From: an uncultured Bacteroidota bacterium
Lineage (GTDB): Bacteria > Bacteroidota > Bacteroidia > AKYH767-A > OLB10
NCBI GenBank assembly: GCA_903881665.1
Contig: CAIRUC010000025.1
Location: 1,080-65,079, forward strand
Direction: 5' to 3'
Length of the DNA stretch: 64,000 nt
The notes below the pieces were generated by a model that did not search any database, was not told where the DNA came from, and saw only the letters and a list, made by a program, of their open reading frames with translations. Below are positions 58,201-64,000 of this stretch, one piece after another (the first letter of the stretch is position 1; each line of letters begins with the position of its first letter). The position numbers and the translations under genes are program-made.

Positions 58201-58601
58201 ATAGCTGCAATAGTAGTAGTATTTTGAGGTGCGCAAACACGCACTATATTTTGAACAGCCTGTGCTTTCAAAACATAAATACCGTGAGTAACTGTATCCT
58301 TCGCTCCAACGGCATCAGTTATAATTAAAGTAACTGTAAAATTGCCTCCGTTTGCAAACAAATAATTTGGATTTTGAGAAGCCGAAATACCTCCATCACC
58401 AAAATTCCATGACCACGAAGAAATTGAGGATCCTCCTGGCGTTGACAAATCTGTAAACGAAACAGTATTCCCGATGCAAACAATGGTATCATTAGCGAAA
58501 AACTCAGCAGTTGGCGACTGTGCATTAGCGGCACAATTGACACCCATTAAGAGTATCAGTGCGAGTACAGCGAATAAATTCACTTTAAAATTGCGCAACA
58601 T
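52299..58601 (-). CDS. giant (~2100 aa) cell-surface adhesin-like protein: PKD, ~13 tandem Ig-like modules, three cadherin-like modules, five SprB-type repeats, T9SS type B C-terminal domain
   Basis: I place the start at ATG 58601 (MLRNFKVNLFAVLALILLMGVNCAANAQ signal peptide) rather than the track start 58691. A PKD signature is present (WNFGDGGISASQNPNYLF). The C-terminus is FIPTGFSPNNDGVNDYFVI...FNRWGDLVY...SWNG...GTYYYVF. Confidence 0.8.
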   Translation of the reverse strand: MLRNFKVNLFAVLALILLMGVNCAANAQSPTAEFFANDTIVCIGNTVSFTDLSTPGGSSISSWSWNFGDGGISASQNPNYLFANGGNFTVTLIITDAVGAKDTVTHGIYVLKAQAVQNIVRVCAPQNTTTIAAIDPNIAGVTGVWFTASGALIASPVNDTTSVSNLNAGSYTFYWVVSDGSCSDADQVTVFVDQPVNVNAGADQQICSSLSTTTMAGSNPSPGIGLWSTSSAAFIANSSIRNTTISGLTSAGTYVFVWTVTNGSCVTRDTMQIVVSDPVTSIAGSDQTVCSIPGTVLLAGNNPSPGVGLWSTSSSVIISTPSSPSSSVSSLIVAGAYNFIWTITNGACINRDTMQIVVSTPITSNAGNNIQVCTSTATGTLNGNNPSPGVGLWTALNGGVITSPSSSTTTVTGLNTAGFYNFVWTITNGACITRDTVAFIVRVPVIANAGLDQSFCNLNGATLTGNSPLPGTGTWTTTGPVFIASPSSAITNVSGLLYGNNTFVYSISYGACVTRDTVIIHIDNLITANAGADQQICDSQTSVSLIGNSPLLGSGVWTNLNGGIITSPLSPITTVTGLNAGMYSFIWTITNGTCTSKDTVRIVVSPQVPSNAGLDDEVCQGGIGSLSANDPFPAIGLWTTNSSASINLPSSADILVANLTNVGVYTFVWTVTNGACVLRDTARVIVDSSIVAHAGADQSVCAATTASLSANSAIPGIGLWTSLGSATILNATNSSATAQNLTYGNNSFVWTITNGLCTSKDTVIIKRDSTVTSAAGSDQSVCAGSPITLTGNSPLPGTGIWNALSGGTITFPISATTTITGLSTAGAYNFVWIITNGSCVSRDTVRITVSNIVVPNTGNDIQLCNTFITILNSNNPAPGIGIWTSPSGATIASPFITSTNVSDMIFGDNTFVWTITNGSCVASDTIHVFVDSVKVAVAGTDQTICSGSALVLVANDPSPGTGVWTTTSSAVFADSSQATTTAVGLSIAGTYDLIWTITNGVCVSSDTIKIIADSNNVAVAGPDQQLCETITTTSLSATATTIGTGVWSTNGSANIANVNDPATSVSGLVIGNNIFIWTITSGTCITKDSINVVISQETDTAHAGSDQQICASLGLVMVSGNVPLIGTGSWSSLGAAVVDAATSVTTTVSNLSIGSNLFVYTITNGACSSSDTLDVDVFAKPTIDAGNDQFITSGTPVTIGGSPVASGGSAPYTYSWIPGTLLNDSLIANPLATVIVTTTFVVNVTDSVGCNAQDSIIVWVNDPLVLENDTLAINEDSTVVIFPLLNDTDPDNNINAGTLAILNGPFNGTATINTLTGTITYIPNANYYGQDSIMYTLCDSGMPVYCDTAWIYITLNPVNDAPFAIDDFDTTVKDSCIQIAVLANDWDIENAIIVGSLITFNGPSYGTISLDTLTGIITYCPDSNFAGVDTFYYAICDSGYPAPGLCDTAMVIITVNSKNYFPVALNDSVLICANDSIIIDVRTNDIDPDGDPLSISISLVPSHGNATVDVLGNILFIPDLTFAGFDSLQYSVCDNQSPAGCDTAWLFIDVKGVPLLSSVTTNNKCFQDSIGTIDLTIIGNVGFLISWNNGAVVEDLDSLTTGIYTVTVVDTFGCRVTLTDTVYGPVLPLSASLSLQPVYCYADSSGAIDLQPSGGTSPYYFSWSNGSADEDIDSLIAGVYTIILSDTNGCQLTLTDTILQPASALTASLYVTDVKCMGDSSGSILVIPAGGTSAYSYLWNNGAVVDSATSIPVGLYSVIITDSHNCSITVADSVMALHPAVKIDTLVVQPNCLANILGSVEVIAVGGLLPFQYSWSTSDTISLVDSLSTGSYSVLVTDANGCSKSCSAILTDTSIINIQVTGALSICSGDSVVLTATNSAYVSYQWTNTGSPMTDTLNTITVHSSGDYAVTATAICGQFNAGPLTVVVNALPIASVDPDMTVHCDSLVELTATGGNTYLWSPSNLVSDSLAAIVIVQLQQTDTIVVTAISAEGCASNDTIVLTVNCDTLFIPTGFSPNNDGVNDYFVISNIDEYPNANLKIFNRWGDLVYTKEHYDNSWNGLSNTDMIRMGNVLPNGTYYYVFDPRNGENGKAGYVILRR
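55059..58265 (-). repeat. in-frame coding tandem array: ~13 diverged copies of a ~81-83-aa (~246-bp) module
   Basis: The module consensus read from the translation is AG.DQ..C.......L.GN.P.PG.G.W.......I..P....T.V..L..G.Y.F.WTITNG.C...DT..I.V. Each copy carries one Cys near its start and one in the NG.C motif. Confidence 0.8.
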
Positions 58602-58763
58602 TACGAAAGGATTTGGGTGCCATCTGACACTTTTTGGTTTTTCTATTACGAAAATCATACATCGAATGTTACGAAAATAGGGTGCTTGCATTTATAAAAA
58701 TAAAGATAAAATACGAAACCCTTACAAAAAGGCAGAATTAACAATCTCGGTTACGGCATAAAA

Positions 58764-58797
58764 AACCCCTGTTCTTACAGGAACAGGGGTTAAATAT
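58764..58797 (-). terminator. rho-independent terminator downstream of the yqeY-like gene
   Basis: AACCCCTGTTC (58764-58774) pairs perfectly with GAACAGGGGTT (58781-58791) over 11 bp. The minus strand continues with TTTTTT (plus-strand A run 58761-58765). Confidence 0.75.
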
Positions 58798-58813
58798 ATA
58801 AAGAGTAACACAA

Positions 58814-59263
58814 TTAGGCACCTAGCATCTGCTTCACAAGCATCGACACAATTTTATTATCTGCCATACCGGCAAAATGTTTTGTAGCGGCGCCCATTAC
58901 TTTACCCATTTCGGCTGGGGACTTAGCACCTACACTATCTATTATTCCTGTTAAGGCATCACGAATTTCATCTTCGCTCAACATTTTAGGAAGAAACAAT
59001 TCAATTACGGCAACCTCTTCTTGTTCTGTTTTAGCCAAATCGGCACGATCCTGTTGAAGATAAATATCGATTGACTCTTTACGCTGTTTTACCAGTTTCT
59101 GAAGCATTTTAATTTCATCTTCTTCGTTCATCTCTTTGCCTGCTTCACTCGTTTTAGCAATTAGAATAGCAGATTTAATAGCACGTAAAGCACGTAACTT
59201 CGCTTCATCCTTAGCCAACATGGCGGCCTTTAATTCAGGCATTATTTTTTGCTCGAGAGACAT
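58814..59263 (-). CDS. GatB/YqeY domain-containing protein
   Basis: MSLEQKIMPELKAAMLAKDEAKLRALRAIKSAIL...EEVAVIELFLPKMLSEDEI...MGKVMG matches the YqeY family pattern. Confidence 0.85.
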   Translation of the reverse strand: MSLEQKIMPELKAAMLAKDEAKLRALRAIKSAILIAKTSEAGKEMNEEDEIKMLQKLVKQRKESIDIYLQQDRADLAKTEQEEVAVIELFLPKMLSEDEIRDALTGIIDSVGAKSPAEMGKVMGAATKHFAGMADNKIVSMLVKQMLGA

Positions 59264-59281
59264 TATATGCTTATTAAAAGA

Positions 59282-60979
59282 TTAATCAACACGATCGTGT
59301 AAAAAAGAATTATTAGCACGAATTTCAGGTTTACGTTCAGTATCGTCAACAGATAACGTTAAGCGCGAAACACTTGAATCCGCAGAATTAGGAACATTCT
59401 CTAAACGCACATTACGACGTTTGTAAGCAGGCTCTTTTTCTAAATCAGAAATTCCATTTGGTGAACTCATTTTATAACTAAGTTCTTTCAAACGCATGAT
59501 ACGTTCACGTGAACGACGATACATTTCCTGCTCAGGAGTAAGCAATGACTCTTTCGCTTCATTTTCAACTATTCTGAGGCTCTCTTCTTCATCCTTAATA
59601 GCAACTACTTCAGCCTCCATTCTAAAATCGAAAACATCATTTTCTATTGAAGTGGCTACAAGTTCACTTTCCATTTCATAGCTATCCACTTCATCATACT
59701 CATTATTAATTTCGATCACCGGAAAATCTGAATCAAGATTAAATACTACTTTTTCAGAAGACTCAGGAGCGAAAGAAACCACTTCTTCTTCCAAAGCAGA
59801 CATCTCATCACGAACAATTAAAACTGGCTCCGAAGGATCAATTAATTCCGATTCTATCGCTATTTTCTCTTCAATACGAGGTGATATTACTTCCGTAAGA
59901 GAAGCGGCAACAGCAGCATTTCTATCATCCTCGAGTTTAAAAACCACCTTTTCAGGCTTACGTTGTTCAGAAGCAACTTGCTTATTTGTTTTAAATCCTG
60001 TAGCAATAATTGTAACACCCACTTTATCACCTAAGGAAACATCAATACCGATTCCCATGATAATTTCAGCAGATTGGCCAGCTTGCGCTTGAATAAAATC
60101 ATTGATTTCACCCACTTCATCCATTGTAACTTCAGCGTTACCGCTAGTAATATTCAAAAGGATATAACGAGCACCTTCAATATTATTATCATTCAATAAT
60201 GGAGAATCAAGAGCAAGTTCAGCGGCACGAACTGCACGATTATCGCCTTCAGCAGCGGCAGAACCCATAATTGCAACACCACTATCTTTCATTACGGTTT
60301 CGATATCCGCAAAATCGACATTGATATGCATTGTATTCGTAATAACTTCTGCAATACTTTTTGCAGCAACAGAAAGTACATCATCGGCATGACCGAATGC
60401 CTTACTTAAATTAAGGTTTCCATAGATTTCGCGTAACTTATCATTACAAATAATAAGCAATGCATCAACATTGCCTTTAAGTTGTTCGATACCAAGTTCA
60501 GCTTGTTGTTTACGTTTACGACCTTCAAAAGCAAAAGGAACGGTAACAATACCTACAGTAAGAATTCCTAATTCACGCGCAAGGCCTGCAATGATTGGAG
60601 CGGCACCAGTACCAGTTCCACCACCCATTCCAGCTGTAACGAAAACCATACTCGTATTATCACTTAATAAATTTCTTAACTCATCTATATTTTCGATGGC
60701 TGCATTTTTTCCAACTTCAGGAATTGCACCTGCACCACGGCCTTGAGTAAGACCTGGCCCAAGTTGAATTTTAGTAGGTACCGGGCTCACTTGCAATGCT
60801 TGTGCATCGGTGTTGCAAACAAGGAAATCTACTCCTTTAATACCCATTCGGTACATGTGGTTAACAGCGTTGCTGCCGCCTCCACCAACACCAATCACTT
60901 TGATGGTAGGTGTTACGTCCTTCGAAATATCGAGTTGAAAGAGAGAAGGATGTTGATTTAGGTTTTCTGGCTGAATCAT
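59282..60979 (-). CDS. ftsZ: cell division protein FtsZ (long acidic C-terminal linker)
   Basis: The tubulin signature GGGTGTGAAP is present, with ...IKVIGVGGGGSNAVNHM... and ...NTDAQAL.... A ~230-aa Glu/Asp-rich linker follows, ending in ...NNSFLHDRVD. Confidence 0.95.
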   Translation of the reverse strand: MIQPENLNQHPSLFQLDISKDVTPTIKVIGVGGGGSNAVNHMYRMGIKGVDFLVCNTDAQALQVSPVPTKIQLGPGLTQGRGAGAIPEVGKNAAIENIDELRNLLSDNTSMVFVTAGMGGGTGTGAAPIIAGLARELGILTVGIVTVPFAFEGRKRKQQAELGIEQLKGNVDALLIICNDKLREIYGNLNLSKAFGHADDVLSVAAKSIAEVITNTMHINVDFADIETVMKDSGVAIMGSAAAEGDNRAVRAAELALDSPLLNDNNIEGARYILLNITSGNAEVTMDEVGEINDFIQAQAGQSAEIIMGIGIDVSLGDKVGVTIIATGFKTNKQVASEQRKPEKVVFKLEDDRNAAVAASLTEVISPRIEEKIAIESELIDPSEPVLIVRDEMSALEEEVVSFAPESSEKVVFNLDSDFPVIEINNEYDEVDSYEMESELVATSIENDVFDFRMEAEVVAIKDEEESLRIVENEAKESLLTPEQEMYRRSRERIMRLKELSYKMSSPNGISDLEKEPAYKRRNVRLENVPNSADSSVSRLTLSVDDTERKPEIRANNSFLHDRVD

Positions 60980-61038
60980 GATTATGTTAGTTTTATTTTT
61001 TTTCTAGTTATTTATGGGAAATGGTTATTCAATACTAA

Positions 61039-62322
61039 TTACATTTTGGGATCATCATCTTCATCGCTGATAGTATTCTTGAAAATATCGAACCATCTTC
61101 CTTTTTTACGAATGGGCTCAGACATTTCAGGTGCTAAAACTTGATGGACTTTCCCTCTGCGCATTTCACGTTCTACATCTTTAAGGCCTTTAATCACTAA
61201 ACCAACACCGGTGGCATACATAGGACTTTTAACTTCGTCCATTCCTTTGCCCAAATGTTCATTCGGATAACCAATGCGGGTATCCATGCCCGTTAGATAC
61301 TCTACTAACTGCGTAACATGTTTTAATTGAGATCCTCCTCCAGTGATAACAATTCCTGCTATCAATTTTTTCTCAAATCCGGAAGTCTTAATTTCAAAAT
61401 ACACATTCTCTATGATCTCTTCCATTCTTGCTTGAATGATAGCGGCAAGATTTTTCACTGATATTTCTTTCGGTTCACGTCCGCGTAAACCCGGAATAGA
61501 AACGATTTCATTTTCCTTCATTTGCTTTGCCAGAGCAGATCCGAACTTCACTTTCAACAACTCTGCTTGGTTACGTATAATGGAGCAGCCTTCTTTAATA
61601 TCATCAGTGATTACATTACCACCAAAAGGAATTACGGCAGTATGTCGAATAATTCCATCTTGAAATATCGCCACATCTGTAGTACCACCACCAATATCCA
61701 CCAACACAACACCTGCTTCCTTTTCTTCTTCGGTGAGTACCGCCTCAGCAGATGCTAATGGTTCGAGAATAAGATCCACCGTTTTCAAACCTGCTTTTGT
61801 AACGCACTTTTGAATATTATTTGCAGCTGTAATTAATCCAGTAATAATGTGGCAATTCGCTTCAAGACGAATTCCCGACATACCAATTGGATCTTTAATG
61901 CCCTGCTCATTATCAACAATAAATTCCTGAGGAATTACATGAATAATTTCCTCCCCAGGCGGCATCGCAAGGCGATACATATCTTCGGTGATGTTATCAA
62001 TATCAGTTTGCCCTATTTCATCAACGGTACTGCTACGTGTAATCATTCCTCGGTGCTGCATACTTTTTATATGTTGCCCGGCAATTCCTACATGAACATC
62101 GCTAATTTCAACTCCTGATTTTGCTTCCGCTTCCGCTACAGCTTCTCTAATGGATGCTACCGTTTTCTCAATATTAGCCACCATTCCGCGCATCACACCC
62201 AACGATTCTGATCGTCCCATACCGAGAATTTCAACTTTCCCGAATTCATTACGACGACCAACAATCGCTGCAATCTTAGTTGTACCAATGTCCAACCCTA
62301 CGATTATCTCTGTATTTTCCAT
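61039..62322 (-). CDS. ftsA: cell division protein FtsA
   Basis: The actin-like ATPase motifs are VGLDIGTTKIAAIV, VLVDIGGGTTDVAIF and VITGGGSQL. It lies between ftsQ and ftsZ. Confidence 0.93.
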   Translation of the reverse strand: MENTEIIVGLDIGTTKIAAIVGRRNEFGKVEILGMGRSESLGVMRGMVANIEKTVASIREAVAEAEAKSGVEISDVHVGIAGQHIKSMQHRGMITRSSTVDEIGQTDIDNITEDMYRLAMPPGEEIIHVIPQEFIVDNEQGIKDPIGMSGIRLEANCHIITGLITAANNIQKCVTKAGLKTVDLILEPLASAEAVLTEEEKEAGVVLVDIGGGTTDVAIFQDGIIRHTAVIPFGGNVITDDIKEGCSIIRNQAELLKVKFGSALAKQMKENEIVSIPGLRGREPKEISVKNLAAIIQARMEEIIENVYFEIKTSGFEKKLIAGIVITGGGSQLKHVTQLVEYLTGMDTRIGYPNEHLGKGMDEVKSPMYATGVGLVIKGLKDVEREMRRGKVHQVLAPEMSEPIRKKGRWFDIFKNTISDEDDDPKM

Positions 62323-62329
62323 TTACAAA

Positions 62330-63148
62330 TTAATTTTTCGTGCAAACCACCTGATTGCGGAATTTTAGGTTGATAACACTGTAATTATTCCAACCGGTTT
62401 TGCTGAGACCTTCTTTGTAGAAAATCATCAGTCTCCGGAATTTATCCTGAAGATCTGTTGTATCGCCAATCAACACTCGATGATTGCCGACACGTGGTAT
62501 TAACTCCAACTCTTGATGCTCGTTAACATAAATCTGTTCCGTGTTTGCTGTCCAAAAAGTATCAGCTTCCACAAATTTTGCGAGCGCATAGACTTGATTT
62601 ATTGTTCGAGGAATCATCAATGAATCGTTCAATAAAGAATCTTCTGTATCAATCGGAGTTGAAATTTTCATTTCGGTGTATGTATTGTAGATGTACCCAT
62701 TGGCAACAATAACCGGAGGTGTGTATTTATCCGAAATCGGCATAAATTCACCCTTTTTATCGATATAAAATTGCTCGTCGTGCATGTTTACAATTCTTAC
62801 GATTGGATCGCGTTGCCAAACGTCGGCATGCAGGTTTCCATCGATCGATGAATATACTTCAGCCCTCTCTACAAAAGGGTTCGTAAGAATAATTTTTTCT
62901 AACATTGAAGTGTTAATGGAACCAAGTGCTTTCCCCTCTACTTTTCCTTTGCTATTAACGAGTTGTATTATATCATTATTATCGATAAAATCGTGTGCTA
63001 CAGATTCGTCAATATTGACTACAATTTGCTTGCACAACAATTGCTCTTGGCGCTGATTTACAAAGCCCAACAATACGAACATCCCTATTGCAGTGATGAT
63101 CCATGTACTCAAAATCAATATCGATTTTACTTTCGGTTTTATCTCCAT
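62330..63148 (-). CDS. ftsQ: cell division protein FtsQ (POTRA domain)
   Basis: It has a single N-terminal TM segment (ILILSTWIITAIGMFVLLGF) followed by a POTRA/FtsQ-type periplasmic domain. It sits in the conserved position between murC and ftsA, and its ATG overlaps the murC stop (TAATG at 63150-63146). Confidence 0.8.
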   Translation of the reverse strand: MEIKPKVKSILILSTWIITAIGMFVLLGFVNQRQEQLLCKQIVVNIDESVAHDFIDNNDIIQLVNSKGKVEGKALGSINTSMLEKIILTNPFVERAEVYSSIDGNLHADVWQRDPIVRIVNMHDEQFYIDKKGEFMPISDKYTPPVIVANGYIYNTYTEMKISTPIDTEDSLLNDSLMIPRTINQVYALAKFVEADTFWTANTEQIYVNEHQELELIPRVGNHRVLIGDTTDLQDKFRRLMIFYKEGLSKTGWNNYSVINLKFRNQVVCTKN

Positions 63149-64000
63149 TATGTTGAAAGTAATTGTGCAATTGGGTTAACTAATTGATCGATATCACCTG
63201 CTCCAAGTGTTAATAACACCTGTGGTTTTTCATTTTTAAACTTTATTAACAAGTCTTCTCTCGACAATAAATGTTTATCGGCGATCGAAACTTTATCTAA
63301 AATCATCTGTGAATTTACTCCCGGAATTGCAATTTCACGTGCCGGATACAGCTCAATCATGTACAATGTATCTAACAAACTCAAGCTAGCAGCAAAGCCA
63401 TCTGCAAAGTCGCGAGTGCGGCTATATAAATGGGGTTGAAAGATGCCGGCAATCTTTTTATTGGGATATAATTCACGTGCTGACGATATGGCTGCCCGTA
63501 ACTCTTCGGGATGGTGAGCATAATCATCGATATACACTGTTTTTTCATTTTTTACATGCACTTCAAAGCGACGTTGAGCTCCTTTAAAACTGGCTAATGC
63601 TAGTTTTAAATCAGATGGCGATACTCCGCATTCAAGTGCGAGACCTGAAGCTGCAATTGCATTCTCAACATTATGACGACCAGGCAAACCTAAAGTTAAT
63701 CCTTCTATTTTTATTGATGGTGTTTCTAATGTAAACTTATAAACTCCATTTTCGACACGAATATTTTCACCTTTAAAATCTGCGGACTCATTTTCCTTGA
63801 TAGAATACGTCATTTTATGACAAGAAGGATTTCCGATTTCCAGACCTTGCTTATACAACATCATACCATCTGGCTTTACTTGAGCTGCAAATGCACGATA
63901 TGTATTTTGCATTTCATTTGGATCGCCATAAATGTCAAGGTGATCAGCGTCCATAGAAGTGATAATAGCTAAATCAGGAAATAATGTCAAAAAGGAACGA
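63148..64000 (-). CDS. murC: UDP-N-acetylmuramate--L-alanine ligase (C-terminal ~283 aa; N-terminus beyond the window edge)
   Basis: The Mur ligase central and C-terminal domains are present (...ITSMDADHLDIYG..., ...LPGRHNVENAIAA..., ...DDYAHHPEELRA...). The reading frame stays open to position 64000. Confidence 0.9.
   Translation of the reverse strand, partial: RSFLTLFPDLAIITSMDADHLDIYGDPNEMQNTYRAFAAQVKPDGMMLYKQGLEIGNPSCHKMTYSIKENESADFKGENIRVENGVYKFTLETPSIKIEGLTLGLPGRHNVENAIAASGLALECGVSPSDLKLALASFKGAQRRFEVHVKNEKTVYIDDYAHHPEELRAAISSARELYPNKKIAGIFQPHLYSRTRDFADGFAASLSLLDTLYMIELYPAREIAIPGVNSQMILDKVSIADKHLLSREDLLIKFKNEKPQVLLTLGAGDIDQLVNPIAQLLST

Noticed and set aside
55059-58265. Regular ~246-bp periodicity considered as a CRISPR or satellite array
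   Set aside because: The repeats are in frame and diverged, and they encode a conserved protein module. There are no short identical repeats with unique spacers and no cas genes.
59282-59990. Very long acidic C-terminal extension of FtsZ
   Set aside because: To my knowledge, long disordered linkers ending in a conserved terminal peptide are the norm for Bacteroidota FtsZ, so this is not unusual.

Overview
This looks like a 64-kb chromosomal segment of an AT-rich Bacteroidota genome, probably Flavobacteriia or Cytophagia-like. That assignment is an inference from type IX secretion (T9SS) C-terminal sorting domains, TAnnTTTG promoter boxes, very short mRNA leaders and a murC-ftsQ-ftsA-ftsZ-yqeY gene order. 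Most of the window is housekeeping: the purK-purE and hpt-adk-obg clusters, folC, alkB, rplU-rpmA, pheT, tatA, a partial division/cell-wall cluster, one tRNA-Val, an exbB-exbD-tonB operon and a TetR-controlled TolC/MFP/RND efflux operon. Seven predicted T9SS substrates are interspersed. Five carry a type A C-terminal domain (CTD) and two carry a type B (gliding-motility CTD). The two type B proteins are adhesin-like giants of 1190 aa and about 2100 aa built from tandem Ig-like, SprB and cadherin-like modules. I found no transposase, integrase, CRISPR array, rRNA or recognisable defence or toxin module, so I cannot point to a clear-cut novel system. The best candidates for a second look are listed here. 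(1) A two-gene outer-membrane operon at 18018-20870 whose large product fuses a degenerate ComEA-like helix-hairpin-helix module to a roughly 550-aa beta-barrel. (2) A T9SS beta-propeller protein with dockerin-like calcium loops followed by a possible cohesin-like module (8810-11275). (3) An array of about 13 modules of about 83 aa, each with two cysteines, inside the giant adhesin. (4) Mirror-image promoter-like boxes between two divergent cargo genes (47235-47339). (5) A 435-bp ORF-poor gap with exact repeats and a possible small RNA (13442-13876). (6) An ECF sigma factor paired with a non-canonical membrane partner (36925-39987). All family assignments come from reading motifs by eye; no database search was run.
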